64,000 bases of DNA from a bacterium (GTDB lineage: Bacteria > Patescibacteriota > Minisyncoccia > Phycocordibacterales > UBA2100): NCBI GenBank assembly GCA_021781955.1, contig JAJXVV010000003.1, positions 27,933 to 91,932 on the forward strand, written 5' to 3'. The translations under genes were made by a program, and so were the position numbers. Below the pieces are notes generated by a model. The model was not told the DNA's origin. It was given only the letters and a program-made list of their open reading frames with translations, and searched no databases. How positions within the stretch are numbered: the first letter of the stretch is position 1; each line of letters opens with the position of its first letter. Shown in pieces: positions 30,018-38,706 of the stretch.

Positions 30018-30636
30018 GTGTATCCTTCAGCTTATTCCTCAGGTTGTTAATATGCACGTCCATCGCTCGACTCGTGGGATTGAAATTAAAATCCCAGAGA
30101 TGGTCTATAATCTGCTGCCGGTCGACTACCTCGTCCGGCCTGCTCATGAAATATTCGAGCAGACGGAATTCTTTGAGCGTGAGATTGAGCTTCTTGCCCC
30201 CTTGAAATGCCTCCTGCGATGCGGGCTTGAGCAGCAGGTCTCCTACGGAAAGGTCCGGCGAGCGCGTCTCGCGCGGCCTTCTCGAAAGCGCCCGCACGCG
30301 CGATAGCAGTTCTTCCAGTGAGAAGGGCTTCACGAGGTAGTCGTCAGCGCCGCTGTCGAGACCGACGATCTTGTCGTGCGTCGTGTCGCGCGAGGTGAGC
30401 ATGATGATCGGGGTCATGATGTGCTGCTCGCGAAGGGAGCGGCATATTTCAAGTCCATTCTTGCCCGGCAGGTTGATATCGAGGATTACGACATCGTAAT
30501 CACGGTGGCTCATAAAGAGGCGGCGTTCCGCATCTTCTCCCCGCGTGAGATAGTCGGCGGCGTAACCCTCCTGGCGGAATCCTTGCGTGAGAGAACTCGC
30601 GAGCTTCTGGTTATCTTCCACGACAAGAATCCGCAT
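29965..30636 (-). CDS. OmpR-family response regulator
   Basis: MRILVVEDN, ILDINLP, GADDYLVKPF, ETVRGIGY. Confidence 0.93.
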   Translation of the reverse strand: MRILVVEDNQKLASSLTQGFRQEGYAADYLTRGEDAERRLFMSHRDYDVVILDINLPGKNGLEICRSLREQHIMTPIIMLTSRDTTHDKIVGLDSGADDYLVKPFSLEELLSRVRALSRRPRETRSPDLSVGDLLLKPASQEAFQGGKKLNLTLKEFRLLEYFMSRPDEVVDRQQIIDHLWDFNFNPTSRAMDVHINNLRNKLKDTHGSAIETVRGIGYRLRS

Positions 30637-30660
30637 AGTGACAACACTATATAGGAGTAC

Positions 30661-30677
30661 GTAAGTTTTGTGTAAAG
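30661..30677 (-). promoter_or_regulatory. Candidate OmpR-type operator 3 (autoregulatory)
   Basis: GTAAGT-TTTGT-GTAAAG; TATAGT -10 box 9 nt downstream on the minus strand. Confidence 0.55.
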
Positions 30678-30680
30678 CGC

Positions 30681-30707
30681 AAACCCCCTCGCATGGGAGG
30701 GGGTTTG
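30681..30707. terminator. Terminator hairpin
   Basis: AAACCCCCTC/GAGGGGGTTT after the 30728-31108 gene. Confidence 0.6.
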
Positions 30708-30727
30708 GGGACTCAGACTTGGAAGCT

Positions 30728-31108
30728 TTACTGCTCCGATGTGTCTGAAGAGCCGGCCGGCTCGCTCGCTTCGCTCTGCGCGCTGCCATCGCCATCGCCT
30801 TGTGCTGAGACGCTCGCGTGCTGCGTGCCGCTTACCGCGGCATCTGTGCCGCCGTTGCCGTCCTGATGCTCACCCTGCTGGTCGAGGGTCGATCCCGGAC
30901 CCGCCTGCACGTTGTCAGTGTCCGCCTGATCGTTCGCCGTTTCCGGCTTATCGACCGTGCCTTGCACGGAGTTGGCCGAGGAGGTAACGACCGGAGTATT
31001 GGACGTGGCGGTCGTTTGCGCGCTTGCCATGAGCGCCGTTCCGCCTGCTGCCCCCGCGAGCGCCATCATGCCCGCTGTCGCAAGAAGCAATGCCTTGTTC
31101 TTTAACAT
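30728..31108 (-). CDS. Secreted acidic low-complexity protein
   Basis: Signal peptide ending ASA; Asp/Glu/Gln/Ser-rich body. Confidence 0.7.
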   Translation of the reverse strand: MLKNKALLLATAGMMALAGAAGGTALMASAQTTATSNTPVVTSSANSVQGTVDKPETANDQADTDNVQAGPGSTLDQQGEHQDGNGGTDAAVSGTQHASVSAQGDGDGSAQSEASEPAGSSDTSEQ

Positions 31109-31155
31109 ACAACTTTACTGTTAACTAATAACAGCAAGAGTATAGAGAGCGGCAC

Positions 31156-31172
31156 GTAAAGTATCTGTAAAA
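31156..31172 (-). promoter_or_regulatory. Candidate OmpR-type operator 4
   Basis: GTAAAG-TATCT-GTAAAA; TATACT -10 box 11 nt downstream on the minus strand. Confidence 0.6.
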
Positions 31173-31217
31173 GTACGGCGTACAAACTTTTCCGAAGCGT
31201 TTCTCAGAGCAAATCAA

Positions 31218-31676
31218 TTACGCACGATAAAAGCGGTTCATTGCGACTTTCCACGCGGATACAGCAATGAGCGCGAATACCACACTCGCAACGACGTCGA
31301 GCGGATGATGGAGACCGACATATACGCGCGCCGCGGCAACGAGTATCGCGATGGCCCACAGGGCAATGCCGAGCCACTTGTTCCAAAACATACCGACCGC
31401 AGCAAAAGCCGAGACAAGGAGGGTGTGATCGGACGGAAATCCGTTATCGGGCGCATGCGGGAGCAGCGGTGTGAAGTGTCCGACGACGAACGGGCGCGGA
31501 TCGAAGTACAGGTGGTTGGCAAGAAAACCGAGTGCATAGGTGAGCAGCCCGGCGGGGATGGCGAATAGAGCGAGGCGCACCCATGAAGCACGCGGCTGGG
31601 AGAAGAAATATGCGCCAAGAATGATGATGGGCAGTGCTATCCCGTACTGGGCTATGAATTCGAAAAATGCGTCCAT
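31218..31676 (-). CDS. PAP2 phosphatase (BcrC-like undecaprenyl-diphosphatase)
   Basis: PRPF, FPSDH, ARVYVGLHHPLDV. Confidence 0.88.
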   Translation of the reverse strand: MDAFFEFIAQYGIALPIIILGAYFFSQPRASWVRLALFAIPAGLLTYALGFLANHLYFDPRPFVVGHFTPLLPHAPDNGFPSDHTLLVSAFAAVGMFWNKWLGIALWAIAILVAAARVYVGLHHPLDVVASVVFALIAVSAWKVAMNRFYRA

Positions 31677-31745
31677 GTTTTTCAGCAGTCGTAGCTACCT
31701 AGTATAATCCCCATGAACCATTCGCGACGAACGGTATCAAGCTGC

Positions 31746-32495
31746 CTACAGTTTATCGAACTGATACCCCTGCGCTTTCAACTTTGGCACGATCTGCTCA
31801 AGCACAATGAGGCTTTCTGGAGCATTCGGTCCGCCGATGTGCATGAGGATGGTTCCGCCGTTCGCAGCATGGGAAAGTATCGCGTGCACGATCGCGTCCG
31901 CATTCTTGTTGAACGGATCGCCGGCGATATCGGTGCCGTCATTGATGGCGTACCCGAGGCTCTTCACGAACGCGTCGTTTTGCGCGTTGGTGCACGCGCC
32001 GGGGAATCGGAAAAGAGTCGTCGTCTGCCCCGTGTCTTCCTTGATGATCTGTTCCGTCTCCTGTATCTGCCGGATCTTCTCCTGGTCGGTCGTGAGCGTC
32101 CTGAGCCAATAGCAATGCGGAACAAAAGACGATTCGTCGTAGCTGTGGTTCTCAAACCCAAATTGACTGGTTGAGGCGAGGCTGTGCATTAGATCGGGGT
32201 ATGCGACGGCGAAAAGCCCCGAAACGAAGAAGGTTGCCGGGATATGATTCTGTTCAAGGTACGAAAACACCGCCGGGTCATACCACACCTTGCCTGCACT
32301 GCGTATCTTCCGGTACATCAGCTCGTTCATGTCCATATCGAGCGTGAGGTAGATTATTTTTTGCGGGGCGACTTCCGACGATGTGGCGGCTGTCGCCGGA
32401 GCCGCTGCAGGCGGGAGCACCGGCTGATGCGAGAGCCCGACCAACGAAGAAACGGCCATGGTTATTCCGGCCAAGAGTGATGCAAAGATATGCAT
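31746..32495 (-). CDS. Polysaccharide deacetylase (CE4/NodB), exported
   Basis: YLTLD, PATFFVSG, ENHSYD, FRFPG, ILMH. Confidence 0.85.
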   Translation of the reverse strand: MHIFASLLAGITMAVSSLVGLSHQPVLPPAAAPATAATSSEVAPQKIIYLTLDMDMNELMYRKIRSAGKVWYDPAVFSYLEQNHIPATFFVSGLFAVAYPDLMHSLASTSQFGFENHSYDESSFVPHCYWLRTLTTDQEKIRQIQETEQIIKEDTGQTTTLFRFPGACTNAQNDAFVKSLGYAINDGTDIAGDPFNKNADAIVHAILSHAANGGTILMHIGGPNAPESLIVLEQIVPKLKAQGYQFDKL

Positions 32496-32551
32496 TTCTA
32501 AAATCTACCATTATCGCGGCGTAATGCGCTTATACGGTATCATTACAGGTA

Positions 32552-33721
32552 ATGCGAGAAAAGTTTTTCGGTCTTCCTAGGAATATTTTCCTACTCGGCC
32601 TCACGAGTCTCTTCAACGACTTCTCGTCTGAGATGGTGTTTTCGATCTTTCCCGCGTTCTTCATCTCGGCGCTCCACGCAGGAGCGGCATCGCTCGGGCT
32701 GGTGGACGGCATCGCCGAGGCGACATCCAACCTCTTCAAAATCTACTCGGGCAGTCTCTCAGACAGGCTTGGGCGTCGCAAACCGCTCGTAATCTCGGGC
32801 TACGCGCTCTCGGTCGTGACGCGGCCTTTCTACATACTCGTTTCGACGGTCAGCGGCGTACTCGGCTTGCGCGTTATCGACCGCCTCGGTAAGGGGTTGC
32901 GCACGGCTCCACGCGACGCCATCATTTCGCTCTCGTCGGAGAAGAACGAGCTCGGCCGCTCGTTCGGCTTTCACCGCGCCATGGACACGACGGGGGCGAT
33001 ACTCGGGCCCTTGGTCGCGTACCTCATCCTGCGGACGTTCCCGCTCCAGTTCAACTACGTATTCCTTACTGCGTTCGGCGTCGGCTTGCTCACGCTTCTC
33101 ACGCTAGCATTCATCTCGGATGTTGCCACGCATGGCAACGCGCAACGCGCCCAACTCTTGGCGTCGTTCAAAGAACTCTCTCCGCGCTTCAAGCTTTTTC
33201 TCCTCGCCGTGTTCGTACTCTCGGCCGGAAGCCTGCCGGTCGCGGTGGTGCTTCTCAAGACAGCGTCACTCGGCCTTGCAGTCGCCGACATTCCACTCTT
33301 TTTTGCCGTGTATAGCATCTCCTATGCGATCTTCTCCATACCGGCCGGAAGGCTCTCCGATCATGTCGGGGCACGCACCGTCATCTTCGTCGGCTATCTT
33401 GTCCTCATCGCCAGCTATGCTGTGCTCAATTTCGCATACGGCGCGTGGACGCTCGCCATTGCCTTTCTCGTGTTCGGCCTATTTCCCGCGCTCACGGACG
33501 GCGTGCAGCGTTCTCTTGCTGCACGGCTCACGGGCGAGACTGTTCGCGGCGGCGGTTTGGGATGGCTCAATGCATCGGTCGGGTTTGGCGCACTTCTTGC
33601 GGGCATAGCGGGAGGATATTTATGGCAGACATACAGCCCGACAACCGCATTTTTCACTGGTGGCATTGTTGTGATGTTTGGACTCCTGCTTCTCCTCGTT
33701 TCAGGAAGCCAGAAGGGCTAG
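32552..33721 (+). CDS. MFS transporter
   Basis: SLFNDFSSEM, DRLGKGLRTAPRDA, GFHRAMDTTGA. Confidence 0.9.
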   Translation: MREKFFGLPRNIFLLGLTSLFNDFSSEMVFSIFPAFFISALHAGAASLGLVDGIAEATSNLFKIYSGSLSDRLGRRKPLVISGYALSVVTRPFYILVSTVSGVLGLRVIDRLGKGLRTAPRDAIISLSSEKNELGRSFGFHRAMDTTGAILGPLVAYLILRTFPLQFNYVFLTAFGVGLLTLLTLAFISDVATHGNAQRAQLLASFKELSPRFKLFLLAVFVLSAGSLPVAVVLLKTASLGLAVADIPLFFAVYSISYAIFSIPAGRLSDHVGARTVIFVGYLVLIASYAVLNFAYGAWTLAIAFLVFGLFPALTDGVQRSLAARLTGETVRGGGLGWLNASVGFGALLAGIAGGYLWQTYSPTTAFFTGGIVVMFGLLLLLVSGSQKG

Positions 33722-33790
33722 AAGTTACCAACTCCGAGGAGGAACGGATGCTCTGGACTCCTTCACTAAAGGCGTCATTCCTTGGGGTGT

Positions 33791-35119
33791 ATGGACACCA
33801 TTACGAGGGCACCCCTGGGCGGTATTAGCAGGCAGGCCGTACAAGCGCCCGTAAGGATCAAATACTGCCTGTATGCAAGAAAGAGCACCGAGAGTGAGGA
33901 GCGGCAGGTGCTTTCGATAGATAGCCAGATCAAGGAGATGCTCCAGCTGGCCGACCGAGAAGGGCTTGAGGTAGTGGAGATGAAGCGCGAGTCTCACTCG
34001 GCAAAGGAAACTGGCAAGCGGCCGGTATTCAATGAGATCGTCGACGAGCTCCGGGCTGGCAAGTATAACGGTATCCTCACCTGGGCACCGGATCGTATCA
34101 GCCGTAACGCCGGGGACCTTGGCAAGATTGTCGACCTCATGGATGCGGGAGCATTGATGGAGATTCGCACATACGGTCAGAGTTTCAAGAATAATCCGAA
34201 TGAGAAGTTCCTTCTCATGATTCTCGGCTCGCAAGCCAAACTCGAGAACGACAATCGCGGAGTGAACGTGAAGCGCGGGTTGCGGACGCGCTGCGAGATG
34301 GGTTTGCGGCCGGGCGTAGCACCGGTCGGCTACAACAACGAGAAGCATGCTGACAAGAAGTGCCACGCAATCGTTGATCCGGCGCGCGCGCCGATCGTGA
34401 AGCAGATGTTTGAGAAAGTCGCCAACGAGAAGTGGAGCGGCAGGCGCATACACCAGTGGCTCAAGTTCGAGCTCAACTTCAAGAGTCGGGGCAACAAGAA
34501 CATGACGCTTAGCAGCGTGTACGTAGTACTCCAGAACCACTTCTACTACGGCATGTTTGAGTACCCGGTAAACAGCGGGAATTGGTACGAGGGCAGACAC
34601 CAGCCGCTCATCACCAAAGAATTGTTCGACAAGACGCAAGAGCAACTCAAGCGCGACCGGATCGTGCGCTCCGACATTAAGGAATTTGCCTTCACCAAGC
34701 TTATGGTATGCGGCCTGTGTGGCTCCGGCATCTCCGCTGACGAGAAGTTTAAGAAGCTCAAGGATGGAACCTCTAACCGCTATGTGTACTACGGCTGCAC
34801 CCGAGCGCGGGACAAGAGCTGTAAGGGCGGCTACGTGCGCGAGGAGGCGCTCATCGAGCAGATGGTGAAAGTGATGGACAAGGTCGATTTCAACAAGATG
34901 GCCATGCGTGACAAGTTCGAGGCCGAGGTAGAGCGCATGCGGAAGTTCCAGCGTGCATTCACTGGCGGAGATGATGCCAAACCACGGAAGGACATAGATC
35001 TGTGCGACTACGCGAAGTACCTGCTCAAGGAAGGCAGCGTTACGGAAAAACGAGAGCTGCTACTTTGCATCAAAAGCAAGCTGGTGCTTACCAGAAGCGA
35101 ATTGAAACTCGAAAACTAG
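33791..35119 (+). CDS. Large serine recombinase (integrase)
   Basis: YARKS catalytic Ser, PDRISRN, recombinase domain, Zn ribbon CGLCG...YYGC. Confidence 0.93.
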   Translation: MDTITRAPLGGISRQAVQAPVRIKYCLYARKSTESEERQVLSIDSQIKEMLQLADREGLEVVEMKRESHSAKETGKRPVFNEIVDELRAGKYNGILTWAPDRISRNAGDLGKIVDLMDAGALMEIRTYGQSFKNNPNEKFLLMILGSQAKLENDNRGVNVKRGLRTRCEMGLRPGVAPVGYNNEKHADKKCHAIVDPARAPIVKQMFEKVANEKWSGRRIHQWLKFELNFKSRGNKNMTLSSVYVVLQNHFYYGMFEYPVNSGNWYEGRHQPLITKELFDKTQEQLKRDRIVRSDIKEFAFTKLMVCGLCGSGISADEKFKKLKDGTSNRYVYYGCTRARDKSCKGGYVREEALIEQMVKVMDKVDFNKMAMRDKFEAEVERMRKFQRAFTGGDDAKPRKDIDLCDYAKYLLKEGSVTEKRELLLCIKSKLVLTRSELKLEN

Positions 35120-36052
35120 TTATCTAGAATCGAGGTCTCGCGTCTCGCCATTTATGTAATCAGGAATATCTCGGTTCTTTTCACTGATGATCCTTTCCAT
35201 CTCATCAATTTGACGAATTGTGGGTTTATCGTCGTGACGCATAGCAATTTGACGTCCTTTTGCAAGATATCGTTTTGCTGCTCGGAATCGATATGCAGTC
35301 TTCAGATCATTGGCTAAGTTATGGTATGCGATCGCGGCAAGAGGATCATTCAATTCCTCAAACAACGCTGCGGCAACAAGAAAGCTGTCGGTAAATTTCT
35401 TAACATGGGCATTTAATTTGCGGGCATCACCGTTTGAAAGCAGTAACAAATATTCAGGCAGAGGATAACGCATAAATTCGTATCTGCTCCAAAGTTTTGT
35501 TCGCAGACCACCGCGCATGCAAACGACCTTGTATTGTATATAACGAGAACTTTCAATGCTGCCTTTCGCCATTAAAACAAGTGCTTGAATTCTCTTATTT
35601 CCAGTTTGGTTTGCAAGTGAAATAGCATCGGCGAGCGAGCTATCAATCCCGGCTTCGAGTGTCTGCACTTCAGCAGATAATGAGTCAAACTCCTGTTTTT
35701 CAGCTTCGGTCGCAAACTCGACCCATCTTGGCGGGAGTTTTAGCATCGCCATTCGATGGCGACGCAGCACAACCTGATGCATTGACATATCTGCAAGGCG
35801 TCCCAAAAAATGAGCGCGAAGATCCTTTAAATTTAGTGCTGAGGTTATCTTTAACCCTTCTACGAGGAGAGCCAATATTTTCAGATTGTCTTCCACTGGA
35901 GATAGAACACCAATGGCTACATCGATAAATTGAAGGCGGGTGTGAGGATCTTTAATTTGAGGATCCAGCTTTAACAAGTTGGCACGCGCTTGAGTACGCT
36001 TGCCCTCCGACGCCAAAGTAAGCGCTTTTTTAATTTCATCTTTTTGTGACAT
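35120..36052 (-). CDS. Hypothetical alpha-helical (TPR-like) protein
   Basis: 310-aa ORF, AT-rich; AAIAYHNLANDLKTAYRFRAAKRYL repeat-like helix. Confidence 0.6.
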   Translation of the reverse strand: MSQKDEIKKALTLASEGKRTQARANLLKLDPQIKDPHTRLQFIDVAIGVLSPVEDNLKILALLVEGLKITSALNLKDLRAHFLGRLADMSMHQVVLRRHRMAMLKLPPRWVEFATEAEKQEFDSLSAEVQTLEAGIDSSLADAISLANQTGNKRIQALVLMAKGSIESSRYIQYKVVCMRGGLRTKLWSRYEFMRYPLPEYLLLLSNGDARKLNAHVKKFTDSFLVAAALFEELNDPLAAIAYHNLANDLKTAYRFRAAKRYLAKGRQIAMRHDDKPTIRQIDEMERIISEKNRDIPDYINGETRDLDSR

Positions 36053-36962
36053 GGCGATATTGGTACCACAATTTTAATTCATGCCAGCGCATCGAAGCTT
36101 GGTGTCGCAGTATTTTAAGAATAAAGAAAAAGTCCAGCGGATAGCGGCGGTACCAATGGCGACGAGCTCTTGAGCTGTTTGCTATAAAGTATTTATAAGA
36201 ATGCCCCACAGTCATACGGTTCGATTCCTCAACCTCAGTTTTATCCCTGAGTACATACCCCCGTAACGGGCTTCGGCTCATGCAAAGTAATATCTCTGGA
36301 GAAAGTGGAAGATACACCTCGACTCGTTCTTGCCCAAGGTCAGGACCGTAAGCACGCTGCCATTGGAGTTCAGGATTGAATACCTGACAAGGGTCGTCAG
36401 AGGTGATGTATTTTGCGCCCCCATCCGAACAGAGGAAGGCGATGTTCATATCCATGAGCATCATTGCCACATCAGGCAGGAGCTGAACGAAATTCAGCTT
36501 ATGGCCATTTTCCATTTCTTGCTTTAGGCCTTGGCGTTCTTCTGGAGTAACGTCGGGGCTCATTTGTTCCATCAACTGATCGTGAAAGCGCTGCATGTTA
36601 TCCCTGAAGCGTGGCGTACGTTGAAGCATCGCTGCAACGAATACACGTAACGTTATGCGTTCGTCTTCAGTGAGTGGTAATCGCTGACTGATCTTATCTT
36701 TGAAAAGAGCTGCATATTTTCCTTCAAGGGTCGCTAGCGTTTCTTCGATGGAATAGTTTTTCTCGCCAGACTTCAGCTTAAGCGTGTATAGATCCTTTTC
36801 AACGAAAACGTTCGTTATCGAACTTTTACGGCCCTTCTTCTCGCCTTTATTAAAAGTCCAGAGATAGGAGGTCTTTCTAAAAAGGAAGTCCGAAGCGGCC
36901 CACTCTCGTAGGTAGCATTGCGGAACGTAATGTTGTCTGGTTGGACCTTTTGCCACGACCAA
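36036..36962 (-). CDS. DUF4238 family protein
   Basis: QHYVPQCYLREW, YITSDDP, YLPLSPEILL. Confidence 0.8.
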   Translation of the reverse strand: MVVAKGPTRQHYVPQCYLREWAASDFLFRKTSYLWTFNKGEKKGRKSSITNVFVEKDLYTLKLKSGEKNYSIEETLATLEGKYAALFKDKISQRLPLTEDERITLRVFVAAMLQRTPRFRDNMQRFHDQLMEQMSPDVTPEERQGLKQEMENGHKLNFVQLLPDVAMMLMDMNIAFLCSDGGAKYITSDDPCQVFNPELQWQRAYGPDLGQERVEVYLPLSPEILLCMSRSPLRGYVLRDKTEVEESNRMTVGHSYKYFIANSSRARRHWYRRYPLDFFFILKILRHQASMRWHELKLWYQYRHVTKR

Positions 36963-36990
36963 ACGATACCCCTACTTTGTCTTTTCCGCA

Positions 36991-37767
36991 CTAAGGAGCG
37001 AAAGGGTCTAGGGCATCATGATTTGGAGATACGTTCCTTTCGGAAATTCCCAGTGCTGCGCCCTGCGGGACAAGACCCGATGGAAGAACATAGAAACCTG
37101 CACAACCTCTCGCGTCTTGGTCGCGTACCTTACCCAAGTCTTTCCAATCGTAAACATCGAGCGCGAAGAAGCACATCCATGGACCGTTGTTATCCGCCTG
37201 ATTCCAAACACATTCATAGGTAAGATTACCTTTGTTACACTGGACTTTATCGAGATTGTTTTTCGCGCGATTGTCTTTTATAGCTTGAACGAATGCAGCG
37301 TGCTGAGGAAGGATCGGATCGATAACCGGCTTACCATGTACCATGCGCCCGCGAGGAAATGGGGTTACGAGTGCACAGTTATCTCGTATATCGAGCACCG
37401 GTTCTTTGTATAGAGCGGCATGAAAGCCGCTGATCCAGCGCCATACAGCTTCGTCAACATCCAAGTTCGTGAGGGCACCAAGTTGTGGATTTATGACCAG
37501 GCGGCGATGTTTCGGATCCGATGGTTTTTTGCCGTACCGAAGTGCGATAAGCTGGGCAATCTTTTCATCGGTTAAGGTGTGCGCACTGTTGCAAGCTTGG
37601 TGCGTCGGCAAAATCAAGGGATCTTTATGATCCGTTTGGAAGATAGAGTCGGGCGGAACATGATCGCGATTTTTGACATCTCCTGCCGCGAACATTTTCC
37701 CGCACAAATAGCAGAACGGAAGGTTCTGCACTGGGCGACGTTCAGTTTGCGTAATGAGCGAAATCAT
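36991..37767 (-). CDS. HNH-like endonuclease domain protein
   Basis: CYLCG...RDHVPP...THQACN; the track ORF extension over tRNA-Ser is spurious. Confidence 0.7.
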   Translation of the reverse strand: MISLITQTERRPVQNLPFCYLCGKMFAAGDVKNRDHVPPDSIFQTDHKDPLILPTHQACNSAHTLTDEKIAQLIALRYGKKPSDPKHRRLVINPQLGALTNLDVDEAVWRWISGFHAALYKEPVLDIRDNCALVTPFPRGRMVHGKPVIDPILPQHAAFVQAIKDNRAKNNLDKVQCNKGNLTYECVWNQADNNGPWMCFFALDVYDWKDLGKVRDQDARGCAGFYVLPSGLVPQGAALGISERNVSPNHDALDPFAP

Positions 37768-37810
37768 ATTGAGTCGGACTATTTTACGACGAAAACGCCC
37801 CGACGTGGGA

Positions 37811-37841
37811 CGGTCGCGAAACACGGTCTCACGTTCCTGCG
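37811..37841 (+). repeat. Right direct repeat (att-like), abutting the tRNA-Ser 3' end
   Basis: Matches 17240-17270 at 27/31 positions. Confidence 0.75.
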
Positions 37842-37926
37842 GAGAGGGAGGGATTCGAACCCTCGATACCGTTTCCAGTATGCCGCATTTCGAGTGCGGT
37901 GCCTTCGACCACTCAGCCACCTCTCC
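37840..37926 (-). tRNA. tRNA-Ser(CGA)
   Basis: GGAGAGG acceptor, anticodon loop CT-CGA-AA, long variable arm, GGTTCGAATCC; no encoded CCA. Confidence 0.95.
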
Positions 37927-38063
37927 CAGTACCACCCCGAAAGGGGTGGTCCTCCCGCAAAACGCGGGGAAAATGACCTGGCCACCATCAAAATAGCACA
38001 CTTTCGAGCCGTGAAAAAATGCGTTACACTGCAGACGATTCGCGCATGCTGCGAACAAAAGAC

Positions 38064-38135
38064 GGCCCTATCGTCTAGTGGTTAGGACAGCAGCTTTTCA
38101 AGCTGTTAACTCGGGTTCGATTCCCGATAGGGTCA
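38064..38135 (+). tRNA. tRNA-Glu(TTC)
   Basis: GGCCCTA acceptor, loop TT-TTC-AA, GGTTCGATTCC; no encoded CCA. Confidence 0.95.
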
Positions 38136-38136
38136 A

Positions 38137-38706
38137 GTGGACACTACCGATACCAGCCCGGTCGACGAAGCGCTCGCGAAAGCGCTACAGGAGGGCGACG
38201 AGCAGGCGCTCGCGGTCTTGATGGATCGCTACACTGGCAAACTCCTGCGCTACGGGCGGCGCTTCCTCACCTCGCAGGACGACATCGCCGATATCGTGCA
38301 AGACGTCTTCATATCGGTCTACGAAAACATCCGCGACTTCGACGCGACCCGCCGCTTCTCGCCGTGGATCTACCGTATCGCGCACAATGCGTTCGTCAAC
38401 GCACTACGCAAGCGAGCGCACGGGCCACTCTACGGACTCGACCTCGATCTCGACCGCGTGATGCCCCATCTCGTCTACGAGGATCCGGACAAGAAAGAGA
38501 AAGAACGAGCGGAGCTGCGTGTAGTACTGGAGCAAGGCCTCGGCAAGCTCTCCCCTGCCTATCGCGAGGTCATCGATTTGTACTACTTCGAGGACTTCAG
38601 CTATCAGGAAATAGCGGACGTTTTGCATGTGCCACTCGGTACGGTCAGCATTCGCCTCTCGCGCGCCAAAGCAGCGCTCAAGAAAACACTTCCCAAAGAC
38701 CTATGA
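38137..38706 (+). CDS. ECF RNA polymerase sigma factor
   Basis: DIVQDVF, FSPWIYRIAHN, SYQEIADVLHVPLGTVSIRLSRA. Confidence 0.92.
   Translation: MDTTDTSPVDEALAKALQEGDEQALAVLMDRYTGKLLRYGRRFLTSQDDIADIVQDVFISVYENIRDFDATRRFSPWIYRIAHNAFVNALRKRAHGPLYGLDLDLDRVMPHLVYEDPDKKEKERAELRVVLEQGLGKLSPAYREVIDLYYFEDFSYQEIADVLHVPLGTVSIRLSRAKAALKKTLPKDL

Larger units (their letters stand above)
17240..37841. mobile_element. Genomic island at the 3' end of tRNA-Ser(CGA), with a large serine recombinase
   Basis: 27/31-nt direct repeat at both ends, recombinase gene, phage-like ParB-MTase and TerS-like genes, AT-richer cargo blocks. Confidence 0.75.

Noticed and set aside
17240-37841. Complete prophage or conjugative ICE
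   Set aside because: No structural, large terminase, lysis, relaxase or T4SS genes recognised
37768-38058. N-terminal extension of the HNH ORF
   Set aside because: Overlaps tRNA-Ser and the att repeat; the likely start is ATG 37767
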